Shown here piece after piece: positions 31,732 to 40,207 of a stretch of 64,000 nucleotides of DNA. The notes under the pieces were generated by a model. It was not told the origin of the DNA. It worked only from the letters and a program-made list of their open reading frames with translations, and did no database searches. The first letter of the stretch is position 1. The number at the start of each line of letters is the position of its first letter. Origin of the DNA: Betaproteobacteria bacterium (lineage in GTDB: Bacteria > Pseudomonadota > Gammaproteobacteria > Burkholderiales > JACQAP01); the NCBI GenBank assembly GCA_031362885.1, contig JANLTJ010000212.1, positions 975 to 64,974 of the forward strand, written 5' to 3'. Made by a program: the position numbers and the translations under genes.

Positions 31732-32937
31732 ATGGCCGCATTTCAGTACAAGGCAATTGACCGGACGGGTCGTCAGGCACGCGGCAAGCTCGATGCCGCG
31801 AACGAGGTTGATCTCGAGTTGCGCCTGAAAAAAATGGGGTTGGACCTGATCGTTTCGCGCGCCGTGCGCAGCCAGGGGCCATCGCTCGCCGGCGGCAGCG
31901 TGACCAGGCAGGATTTGATTACATTTTGCTTCGACCTCGAACAGGTTTCACGCGCCGGAATCCCATTGATCGAAGGCCTGCGCGACTTGCGCGACGGCAT
32001 GGAGAATCCGCGTTTCCGCGAACTGCTGACATCCGTCCTTGAAGACATCGAAGGCGGCAAGACGCTTTCCCAGGCGCTGGCCGGATTTCCGCGTGTTTTC
32101 GACACCGTGTTTATCAGCCTGATTCGTGCTGGCGAACTTTCCGGGACCTTGACCGAGGTGTTCGAGAATCTCGGTGCCACGCTCAAATGGCACGACGAAC
32201 TGGTATCCCAGACCAGACGCCTGCTGGTCTATCCGGCGCTGGTATTTGTCGTCGTCACCGCGGTCATGGTTTTTCTGCTGCTGTACCTCGTCCCTCAGGT
32301 TACCCAGTTGTTGAAAACCATGGGCCTCGAGCTGCCAATCCAGACCCGCGTCCTGATCTGGATGTCGAACTTCACCGCCACATGGTGGCCGGTGCTCTTG
32401 ATCGCTCCGACCGTCGCCGCGCTTACCATCACTTTCCTGGTTCGCACCCGGCCGAAATCGCGTTACTTGTTTGACTATGTCATTCTGCACCTGCCAGTCA
32501 CCGGGGTCATTCTGCAGAAAATTATTCTTGCCCGCTTCGCGAACTTTTTCGCCCTGATGTACCGCTCCGGCATCACTATTCTGGACGCCGTCAAGACCAG
32601 CGAGGACATTGTCGGCAACCGCGTCATCGCCGATGGCCTCCAGCGGGCAGGCCAGCAGATCAATGCCGGCGAAAGCCTGTCCGAGGCGTTCCGCAACCTG
32701 GGCATGTTTCCGCCGCTGGTCATTCGCATGCTCAGGGTGGGAGAAACCACCGGTGCGCTGGATGCGGCACTCATGAACGTCACTTATTTCTACAATCGCG
32801 ACGTCAAGGATTCGGTCGACAAGGCCTTGAAATTGCTCGAACCGACACTGACGCTGCTACTCGGCGGCATGCTGGCGCTGATTCTGTTCTCGGTGCTGAC
32901 ACCGGTGTACGATGTCATCGGCAAATTAAACTTATAG
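31732..32937 (+). CDS. GspF/PilC-family inner-membrane platform protein (MshG-like)
   Basis: 401 aa. Duplicated GspF domains (FCFDLEQVSRAGIPLIEGL... / FFALMYRSGITILDAV...), three TM regions, and the C-terminal TPVYDVIGKL pattern typical of the family. Confidence 0.9.
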   Translation: MAAFQYKAIDRTGRQARGKLDAANEVDLELRLKKMGLDLIVSRAVRSQGPSLAGGSVTRQDLITFCFDLEQVSRAGIPLIEGLRDLRDGMENPRFRELLTSVLEDIEGGKTLSQALAGFPRVFDTVFISLIRAGELSGTLTEVFENLGATLKWHDELVSQTRRLLVYPALVFVVVTAVMVFLLLYLVPQVTQLLKTMGLELPIQTRVLIWMSNFTATWWPVLLIAPTVAALTITFLVRTRPKSRYLFDYVILHLPVTGVILQKIILARFANFFALMYRSGITILDAVKTSEDIVGNRVIADGLQRAGQQINAGESLSEAFRNLGMFPPLVIRMLRVGETTGALDAALMNVTYFYNRDVKDSVDKALKLLEPTLTLLLGGMLALILFSVLTPVYDVIGKLNL

Positions 32938-32944
32938 GGCATTG

Positions 32945-34477
32945 ATGGCGAAGCTTCTTATCTGCGTGTCGCATGACCAGGCGAGCGTTGCCGTGTGGAG
33001 GCGCAACCGGCTGGCCTCCTGCACCCGCTTCGACAACAACGAAGCCGGCTGGAATGCGTTTGGCAATTTTCTGCGCGGCGCAAAAGGCCTGCCGGTCCAC
33101 ATCATGGTGGACACCGTCGAGGAAGATTTTCGCTTCGAGACCCTGCCGCACGTACGCGGCAGCGAGCGCTCGGAAATGGTCGCGCGCAAGCTCAAGCAGC
33201 TCTATCGCTCCTCTTCCTACCACTCCTATGCCTTCCAGGAGCGCGGCACCGGAACACGAAAAGACGACCGCTATTTGTTTGCCGCGCTGACTGACGCGGG
33301 GCTGTTGACTCCCTGGCTGCAGGCCATCGAAACCGCCCAGCTCCCGGTATCCGGAATCTATCCGCTGGCACTCGTCAGCGCATCGCTTATCGATCGTCTG
33401 AGGATCAAGCAACCGAATCTGTTGATCGTCAGCAAGAATGTCGCAGGATTGAGGCAGACTTTTTTCAAGGATCTGAAATTTCGCATCAGCCGCCTCACGC
33501 CCGTGCTTTCCGCCGCCGGCATGGCCGATCAGCATTACGCGGATGAAATCGCCAATACGCGCATGTATCTGGATGCGCTGACAGTCACTCACGTCGATGA
33601 CACGCTGGAACTCGTTATTCTGGATCAGGACGGCTCGCTATCCGGACTGCCCGCGACGATCAAGCGCGGCCGGCCGAACATTCACTGTCAATATCTCGAT
33701 ATCAACGCCATTCATACGCGATTTGGTATTCCGATCTCGGATCTCAGAGTCTCGACCGACACGCTGCATCTTTTTCTGCTTGGCGAGAAAGCCCCGGCGC
33801 TCAATCTCGCCCCGGCCCAGATCACCCGCACTTATCAGCGCTTTGCCGCCGGCAGGTGGGTGTATGCCGCTTCCGGTGCAATGCTGGCCGGTGCGGTGCT
33901 CTGGAGCGGCGCCAATGTCTACCGGGCCATGGGCATCGATGACGATGCCTTCGCTGCACAGCGGCAGGCGCAGGACTTGCAGAGCAAGTACCAGCAAGTC
34001 GTGGCGCGCTTTCCCGAGGCGCCGACGAGCGCGGAAAATCTGCGCCACACCGTCCAGTTCGCCGAACAGATCCGCAGCCGGCTGCGCACGCCGGACGCAA
34101 TGCTTGCCGTTGTCAGTCAGGCGTTGACCGCTTCCCCGGACATCGAATTGCAGGCACTGGAGTGGCACTATGGCGATTCGACGCCGCAAAAAGCAACCGC
34201 TGGATCGGCACCATCTCCCGGCTTCGATGCGTTGATCCAAACCGGCATTGTGCGTGCAGAGGTTGCCCGTTTCGCAGGCGACTATCGCGCGGCCATGAGT
34301 TCCATCCAGAATTTCCTGCAACGGATTGCCCAGGACAAGGCGGTCGCCGAGGTCAAGGTATTGAAATTGCCGCTGGATATCGCCTCCAGTTCCGGTTTGA
34401 ACGGCAGCACCCAGGAAATTGCCGGGAAGGATACGGCGCAGTTCGAGATCGCCATTTCCTTCAGGAGCGCGATTTAG
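32945..34477 (+). CDS. PilM-like cytoplasmic domain fused to a PilN-like TM/periplasmic domain (MshI-like), tentative
   Basis: About 315 cytoplasmic aa, one TM (WVYAASGAMLAGAVLWSGANVY), then a coiled-coil (AAQRQAQDLQSKYQQVV) and a small C-terminal domain. The architecture and its position after the platform gene support the call; no strong motif does. Confidence 0.5.
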   Translation: MAKLLICVSHDQASVAVWRRNRLASCTRFDNNEAGWNAFGNFLRGAKGLPVHIMVDTVEEDFRFETLPHVRGSERSEMVARKLKQLYRSSSYHSYAFQERGTGTRKDDRYLFAALTDAGLLTPWLQAIETAQLPVSGIYPLALVSASLIDRLRIKQPNLLIVSKNVAGLRQTFFKDLKFRISRLTPVLSAAGMADQHYADEIANTRMYLDALTVTHVDDTLELVILDQDGSLSGLPATIKRGRPNIHCQYLDINAIHTRFGIPISDLRVSTDTLHLFLLGEKAPALNLAPAQITRTYQRFAAGRWVYAASGAMLAGAVLWSGANVYRAMGIDDDAFAAQRQAQDLQSKYQQVVARFPEAPTSAENLRHTVQFAEQIRSRLRTPDAMLAVVSQALTASPDIELQALEWHYGDSTPQKATAGSAPSPGFDALIQTGIVRAEVARFAGDYRAAMSSIQNFLQRIAQDKAVAEVKVLKLPLDIASSSGLNGSTQEIAGKDTAQFEIAISFRSAI

Positions 34478-35089
34478 ATGAATCTGTCCCGGAAAGATTT
34501 CCAGTCAATCAAGACGCCGCTGATGGCACTGGCGCTCGCGGTCGCCGCTTCGCTGACAATGCTGGCAATTACAGACCGCAAGCTTGCGAGCTCCGAGATG
34601 AATTACCGGAATCAGTTGACCGCGCTCACGGAAGCGCGCACCCGCTACCAGCGCTCCGGAGAAGAGCACGAATCCATTCTGCGTTACCTGGAAAGTTATC
34701 GTGCCTTGGAAAAAATCGGCTTCGTCGGCACCGAACAGCGACTGAACTGGGTGGAAAGTTTGCGCATGGCCAACAAAAACGCAGGCTTGTTCGGAGTGGA
34801 CTACCAGTTGACCGCCCAGGAGCCTTTCCCGTTCGCCGTCAGTGACAATCCGATCGCGAATCAAGTCAAGCATTCGCGCATGACCATCACCTTCGGCGTG
34901 CTGCACGAAGGCGAACTCGCGCGTTTGTTTCTTGCCCTGTCGGCGCAGCAGCCCGGGCTGTTTTCGCTGAATGGTTGCTCGATTGATCGCGCGGGCAGGC
35001 AAGGCGACCCGCTGCCCAGGCAGGCCAATCTCACGGCCCGGTGCGAACTCTCCTGGCTGACACTGGAACCCGGTGGCGGCAAATCATGA
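34478..35089 (+). CDS. PilO/MshJ-like bitopic pilus alignment protein, tentative
   Basis: 203 aa. N-terminal TM (LMALALAVAASLTMLAI), a coiled-coil, then an alpha/beta C-domain. ATG directly abuts the upstream TAG; AGGAG lies 11 nt upstream. Confidence 0.45.
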   Translation: MNLSRKDFQSIKTPLMALALAVAASLTMLAITDRKLASSEMNYRNQLTALTEARTRYQRSGEEHESILRYLESYRALEKIGFVGTEQRLNWVESLRMANKNAGLFGVDYQLTAQEPFPFAVSDNPIANQVKHSRMTITFGVLHEGELARLFLALSAQQPGLFSLNGCSIDRAGRQGDPLPRQANLTARCELSWLTLEPGGGKS

Positions 35090-35607
35090 GGAAAACACTC
35101 CAAACCGCCGCTTTGATCGCCAGCGTCGTGCTGCCATTGCAGAGTCTTGCCGGCGAGCCATTCGGCCGGCTGTTCTTCACCCCCGCACAACGCAGCGCAC
35201 TCGATGCCGGCAAACAGGTCCGCACGCAGAAGGCTTCTCCTGCCCCGGAAGCGCGCAGTCCCCGGGAAATTACGCTAAGCGGCGTGGTCACGCGCAGTGA
35301 CGGAGATTCCACCGTTTGGATAAACGGCATAGCCCTCGACAAGCGCAGTTCCGGGGTGAGCGCCCGCACCACGGGCTCCGATCCGGCGGCCGCAGAGGTA
35401 AGGCTGGCGGGTGCTCGCAACAGTGTGCGCATGCGCGTTGGGCAACACCTGGAATCTTCCAGCGGAAGGATTGCTGAACGCTATTCGCAGACCGCGCAGG
35501 CAAGGAAAAAAGTCGATCCGAATCTCACCGCCAAGGAAGCGAATGCCGAAGGCAAGCCCCCACCCGCAACTGCGGACGCCGTGCGCGCTTCAGCTCCGGA
35601 AAACTAA
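35086..35607 (+). CDS. secreted PilP/MshK-like small beta-domain protein, tentative
   Basis: Signal peptide MRKTLQTAALIASVVLPLQSLAG. Core ITLSGVVTRSDGDSTVWINGIAL resembles the PilP/MshK/GspC-HR pattern. ATGA overlap with the upstream stop. The track ORF starts earlier, at 35041. Confidence 0.4.
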   Translation: MRKTLQTAALIASVVLPLQSLAGEPFGRLFFTPAQRSALDAGKQVRTQKASPAPEARSPREITLSGVVTRSDGDSTVWINGIALDKRSSGVSARTTGSDPAAAEVRLAGARNSVRMRVGQHLESSSGRIAERYSQTAQARKKVDPNLTAKEANAEGKPPPATADAVRASAPEN

Positions 35608-35628
35608 GGCTTTGCCGCACATCGCCTC

Positions 35629-37122
35629 GTGACCAAGTCCAATCTTCAATTCATTTCTTTTGAGAAGCAATCCGGTGCCGCTTTGCTCATTCTGCTGGCG
35701 CTGATCGCGATTGCAACCGGTGCTTTCCTGGTCAACACGTTTGGGGCTTCCGCCCAGCAGGAAGATCGTGACCGCCGGACAGAAGCTGCTCTGGCGCAGG
35801 CTAAGGAAGCGCTCATTTATTATGCGGCTTCTTACGCCGATACCGACCCGGGAAACGTCCCCGGCTACCTCCCTTGCCCCGACGACGGCAGCAACAGCGA
35901 AGGCACCCAGGCCACAGCCACCTGTGCCGCACGGGACGTTTCGGCTCTGGGCAGATTGCCATGGAAAACTTTGGGGCTTCCTGCCCTCAGGGATGGCAGC
36001 CAGGAATGTCTGTGGTACGCCGTGTCAGGCAACTACAAATCGAACGTCAACAAGACCTACCTGATGAACTGGGACACCAACGGCCTGATTACAGTGCGCG
36101 GACCCGGGGGCGACGTGGTCGCATTGGGGAATACGCCCTCAGGTGCCGTAGGAGTCATATTTGCCCCCGGCCTCGCGATCGCCGGACAGACTCGCGCGGA
36201 CGCTGCTCCTTCAATCTGCGGTGGCAACTCTACCGCAGCCAACTATCTGGATTCCTTCGGCGGCTTCAACAATGCTGTTCTGGCCGGGGGCGCCAACGTC
36301 ATCAGCACCGTCACCGCGGCCGCTGCAGTGCCTGGCGCATTCAATGATCGCCTGATCTTCATTACCGCCAAGGATATTTTCGATGCCATCGAGCGCCGTC
36401 TGCATGCTGATCCGACCGTTACTCCGACCACCCCTCCTACGCTCGTAAGTTTTTCCACGCTGCTCGGCAATGTCGTCAGGCGTAGCGCCGAATGTATTGC
36501 CGGCTATCCTGCGAGGAATAACCGTTACGCGTCCGATGATGATCGGCGGCTGCCGTGGACTACAGATCATCCTTTGACCGGGGGAAATTACGGCTCTGAC
36601 GACAACTACCTCGATCGGAACAATCGCTATTTCGGCCGCACCCCCCGGGATGTCGGTACTGCGAGCAATTCACGATCAAAAGATCTTACTAACAACAGTA
36701 ATTCAGGCAACTATTTGCTTTCTACAGCCAATTGTCCAGCGGGGTGGGGTGCAGTGCAGCCTTGGTGGCAAAACTGGAAGGATCATATTTTTTATGCCGT
36801 CTCCGAGGATTTCGCACCGAACGGCGCCTCAACTAATACCAATTGTGGTGCTTGTGTCCGCGTGATTGCCCCTGGTCCTGACCCTGAGTATGCCGGCATC
36901 GTCTTCTTCGCCGGTAAACGCCTGGCAGCACAGGACCGCCGCAACAACTTTAGTTCTTCGAACAGCACGGCAAAAGGCCAAATCGGTAACTACCTTGAGA
37001 GCGAAAATGCCACCGCCAGCACCAATGGCATGGGAATTTATCGCACCGGCGCGGAATCCAGCGTTTTCAATGATGTGCTCTATTGCATAAACGAGAACCT
37101 CACGGTGATCCAGTGCCCCTAA
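35629..37122 (+). CDS. large pilin-like protein with non-canonical PilX_N/GspK-like N-terminal helix (no Glu5), Cys-rich
   Basis: GTG start. N-terminus EKQSGAALLILLALIAIATGAFLV resembles the PilX N-terminal segment. It shares an LPCP...C...G.LP..LGL...YAVS module with the next gene. 497 aa. Confidence 0.45.
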   Translation: MTKSNLQFISFEKQSGAALLILLALIAIATGAFLVNTFGASAQQEDRDRRTEAALAQAKEALIYYAASYADTDPGNVPGYLPCPDDGSNSEGTQATATCAARDVSALGRLPWKTLGLPALRDGSQECLWYAVSGNYKSNVNKTYLMNWDTNGLITVRGPGGDVVALGNTPSGAVGVIFAPGLAIAGQTRADAAPSICGGNSTAANYLDSFGGFNNAVLAGGANVISTVTAAAAVPGAFNDRLIFITAKDIFDAIERRLHADPTVTPTTPPTLVSFSTLLGNVVRRSAECIAGYPARNNRYASDDDRRLPWTTDHPLTGGNYGSDDNYLDRNNRYFGRTPRDVGTASNSRSKDLTNNSNSGNYLLSTANCPAGWGAVQPWWQNWKDHIFYAVSEDFAPNGASTNTNCGACVRVIAPGPDPEYAGIVFFAGKRLAAQDRRNNFSSSNSTAKGQIGNYLESENATASTNGMGIYRTGAESSVFNDVLYCINENLTVIQCP

Positions 37123-38003
37123 GTAACAAGGCCCGTTATTCCATCCGGCGCTCACCCCGCTCTGCTCACAGGGTCAAGGCCCGGCTCCACGGTTTTTCCT
37201 TGGTCGAGGTAGCCATCGCCCTCGTCATCTTTGCGCTATTGGTCGGAGGTCTTCTGGTTCCATTGTCCGCGCAAGTCGAGCAACGACGCATTCTGACGAC
37301 GCAGCAACAACTGGAGGAAATCAAGGCGGCACTAATGGGCTATGCCGCCGCCAACGGCCGGTTGCCGTGCCCTTCATCGGGGTTGAATAATGGTTTGGAA
37401 AGTTTCGCGGGCGGAGGCAACGCGACAAACGGCAATTGCTCAAACTTCTTCAACGGCTTTCTGCCAGCGGTAACTTTGGGGTTGACACCGATCAATGGGC
37501 AGGGTTATGCGCTTGACGCCTGGGCCTTGCCTCAGAGCCGAATTCGCTATGCTGTTTCAAGCCGCCCCCTCCCATTGGCCGCCAACCCTGTTGTGAGCAC
37601 CGACTGCGCAGTGACTCCGGCGTTGTGCCAGTCCAATCCATTCACTGCTGCCAGCGGAATGAAGAACGTCGGAATTGGCAATGTGGCAAGTAACGAGCCG
37701 AACGCGAGCTTGATTCTTGTCTGCTCGAGCAGCGCCGGGATCGGCGCGAACTGCGGAATCGCGGCTGGTCCGCCGCCTACGCTGACCCTGAACAGCAAGG
37801 CCGTGTTCGTCGTTTTTTCAGAAGCGGGCAACCCGGGATTGGGGGGCGCTGGAGCCGATGAGCAAGCCAATCTCGACAATGACCCTATATTTGTAAGCCA
37901 CCCCAGGACAGCAACTGCCGGCAACCCATTCGACGATCTGGTGACCTGGATCGGCCCCAGCCTGCTGCTCAATCGGATGATCGAAGCCGGCCAGCTTCCC
38001 TGA
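37113..38003 (+). CDS. prepilin-type N-terminal cleavage/methylation domain protein (minor pilin-like)
   Basis: Class III signal ...ARLHG/FSLVEVAIALVIFALLVGGLLVPL with Glu5. The track ORF starts at TTG 37083. GTG 37113 would give a 25-aa leader. Start uncertain. Confidence 0.75.
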   Translation: MPLSNKARYSIRRSPRSAHRVKARLHGFSLVEVAIALVIFALLVGGLLVPLSAQVEQRRILTTQQQLEEIKAALMGYAAANGRLPCPSSGLNNGLESFAGGGNATNGNCSNFFNGFLPAVTLGLTPINGQGYALDAWALPQSRIRYAVSSRPLPLAANPVVSTDCAVTPALCQSNPFTAASGMKNVGIGNVASNEPNASLILVCSSSAGIGANCGIAAGPPPTLTLNSKAVFVVFSEAGNPGLGGAGADEQANLDNDPIFVSHPRTATAGNPFDDLVTWIGPSLLLNRMIEAGQLP

Positions 38004-38021
38004 AGCGCCCTGACTGGCTGC

Positions 38022-38057
38022 TTAGTTTTTCGCGCCCGCTCAGTTTTTCGCGCCGAA
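38022..38057. repeat. imperfect 18-nt tandem duplication spanning the histidine kinase stop codon
   Basis: TTAGTTTTTCGCGCCCGC (38022-38039) followed by TCAGTTTTTCGCGCCGAA (38040-38057), 14/18 identical. On the minus strand these read ...FGAKN-TGA then AGAKN-TAA. Confidence 0.8.
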
Positions 38058-39758
38058 TGGCGCGAGCGATAAACAGACCTTTCCTGGCAGGTTGCTGGAA
38101 ACCGCAGCTTCATAGCCCTGTTCTTTCGCGAACTTCGCCACTTGATACAGCCCGACTCCCAGCCCGGACTTTGACGAGACTGCCGTCGAGAACAGTTGCC
38201 CGGCAATCGTGTCGGGAATCGGTGTTCCGTCATCGCACACCGACAGCACGAAGCCTCCTTCCCACTGCAAACTGGCGCGGATGCGCAGGCCGGTTTGCAT
38301 TTTTCGTTTCTCAAGCGCGTTCTGCAAAAAGTTTTCCGCGGCGGACTCGAACAAGTCCCCGGGCAGCACCGCATCCGCGGGCAGGCTCACGGCATCAAAT
38401 TCGATATGCTCATGGGAATAGCGTTCGCGCAGGCCCTGCCACCACTGCGCGCCGGCGGCCTGGTCTTGTCCGACAGAGGGCTTGGTATTGAGCTTGTCGA
38501 GCGTAATCTGCAAGCGCTGGGTAATCTGCGGCAGTTGCCGCTTCATCAGCAGGCGGACGGCTTCCGAATCGCTCTCATCGCTGGTTTCCGCTGCGGCGCA
38601 AAGCGAGCGCAGCGTTTGCAGCAGGTTTTTCACGTCATGCGTGAGCCTTGATCCGGTTTCATGAATGGCCTGGATATACGCGTTCCGACGCTGCTCCTGC
38701 TCGCGTATCTTGGCCTCGTAATAATCGCCCAGTAATCGCGCCAGCAGGCGGATATGCAATACCAGCGCCGGACTCGCGGACCAGCGGGTGTAGAGCTTCA
38801 GTGTCAATCCGCCAAACGCGAATTCGGTGGGGTACTTGGTGATTTCTCCGGCTTTTCCGGTGGCGCTTTTCGATTGCCAGCTCACGCCCGACAACCAGGG
38901 CAATCCGGCCATCTCATGGGCTGCAACAATGACGAACTTGTCCGGATCGCGCTCGCGTTCCGCCAGAGACGCCAAGCTGTGCATCCACAGCTCGAAGGGC
39001 ACGCCGATGCTCAGGAAATAACGCGTGATGACCTGTCCAATGCCGGAGAAGCCGCCGCGTGGATCCCAGATCAGTGACAGCGCCACCAGCAAGCTGGCAA
39101 TGACGATCAAGGTCTGCGCCAGCGCGAGAATATAGTTGCCATGGCTGACCTGGTAGATTACGAAGGCGCCCAGCACCAGGACCACGACCATCAGGAACAG
39201 CAACAGGCTGTAGAACAAATCGACGGTATAGCTCGTCGCGCCTTGCGCCTTTTCGGTGCGAATGAAGAAGATCAGCGTTGCCGGAACGATGAGTCCGTAA
39301 CGAATCACCGCTTCCAGCGCTTGCGGCATTGCCCATGCCGCAAACAGGTGTGGGACTACCCAAGCCAGCAGAATCGACATCAGATACAGGGCGGCGAGCA
39401 GCGACACAGCGCGCTCGCGCAGATTCTTCATTCCCGGCACATGGCCGCCGACAATGGAAAGCAGTACCGCCGTCCAGAGCGCCATCAGCCACCAACTTGC
39501 CGCCGCGATCGCAAATACGGCGGCACTGACGATCAGGGCGACCTGACTCGGAATCAGCCTCCTTTCTCCGTGCCAGAGCGGTTGCCACAGCAGAAAGAAC
39601 CCAAAATGTGCCAGCAACAGGGCGCGCGCCATCGGGTCGGCCAGGCCCATCATCAACGCGCCATGCAGGGCCAGCAGGGCCAGCGACAGCCAGTGCTGCT
39701 GACGCAGCCGGGCGATCCATTGCTGCAGGCGCGATTCTCTCTGGACGATGGCGTTCAT
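38040..39758 (-). CDS. polytopic sensor histidine kinase (PilS/PrsK-like architecture)
   Basis: About 7-8 N-terminal TM helices. H-box SRLTHDVKNLLQTL, N-box ENFLQNALEKR, G boxes VCDDGTPI and SGLGVGLY. The track ORF extends to 39959, but that extension is Cys/Arg-rich. ATG 39758 (MNAIVQRE) preferred. Start uncertain. Confidence 0.85.
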   Translation of the reverse strand: MNAIVQRESRLQQWIARLRQQHWLSLALLALHGALMMGLADPMARALLLAHFGFFLLWQPLWHGERRLIPSQVALIVSAAVFAIAAASWWLMALWTAVLLSIVGGHVPGMKNLRERAVSLLAALYLMSILLAWVVPHLFAAWAMPQALEAVIRYGLIVPATLIFFIRTEKAQGATSYTVDLFYSLLLFLMVVVLVLGAFVIYQVSHGNYILALAQTLIVIASLLVALSLIWDPRGGFSGIGQVITRYFLSIGVPFELWMHSLASLAERERDPDKFVIVAAHEMAGLPWLSGVSWQSKSATGKAGEITKYPTEFAFGGLTLKLYTRWSASPALVLHIRLLARLLGDYYEAKIREQEQRRNAYIQAIHETGSRLTHDVKNLLQTLRSLCAAAETSDESDSEAVRLLMKRQLPQITQRLQITLDKLNTKPSVGQDQAAGAQWWQGLRERYSHEHIEFDAVSLPADAVLPGDLFESAAENFLQNALEKRKMQTGLRIRASLQWEGGFVLSVCDDGTPIPDTIAGQLFSTAVSSKSGLGVGLYQVAKFAKEQGYEAAVSSNLPGKVCLSLAPFGAKN

Positions 39759-40130
39759 GGGTGCGGTTCCAAGACAGCAGTCTACGCTATGCGAAACGGT
39801 GCGCGAGTCCATCCAGACCCTGACCGCAGACCTTGCCTTGGCCGATAGCCGGGACTTGCCGAGGGCAAGGTCGACCAGCGCAATTGGCAATAAATTGTCG
39901 AAAAATCGTCGACATTGTCGAGAATATGACCGAATAAACCAGCCGTATCTTGGATGCATGGCGACTGGCGTTCAAGTTTGTTGTAGGTCTCGATCGGCAT
40001 TAATTTCAGACTAAAGGACCCTAACGTGGGGTAGTTCTTGCCCTACAGGTGGGAAATCCCAGCGATTCAAGCCTTCAGGGGATCAATGCCGCATTTCAAA
40101 ATTCTGCGGTCGACATCTTCGCCAGCAAAC

Positions 40131-40146
40131 TGGCACGCTTCTAGCG
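40131..40146 (+). promoter_or_regulatory. candidate sigma-54 (-24/-12) promoter for the pilin gene
   Basis: TGGCACG-CTTC-TAGCG versus consensus TGGCACG-N4-TTGCW. The GG (40132-33) to GC (40144-45) spacing is exactly canonical. It lies 62 nt upstream of ATG 40208. Confidence 0.65.
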
Positions 40147-40207
40147 TCCCCCGAGTGCAAACCGATCATTCTGGTGTCGGCACTCTATCACTGAACCTAC
40201 ATAAATC

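Noticed and set aside
37547-38374. 275-aa minus-strand ORF spanning the pilin-like gene end and the kinase end
   Set aside because: It crosses two well-supported genes in the wrong frame or strand and is of low complexity.
39759-39959. 67-codon N-terminal extension of the kinase ORF, and small ORFs at 39748..40014 (+) and 39782..40000 (-)
   Set aside because: The extension is Cys/Arg/Ser-rich and non-hydrophobic, unlike the protein that follows. The small ORFs lack an RBS and any motif. I treat the region as the kinase/pilin regulatory intergenic.
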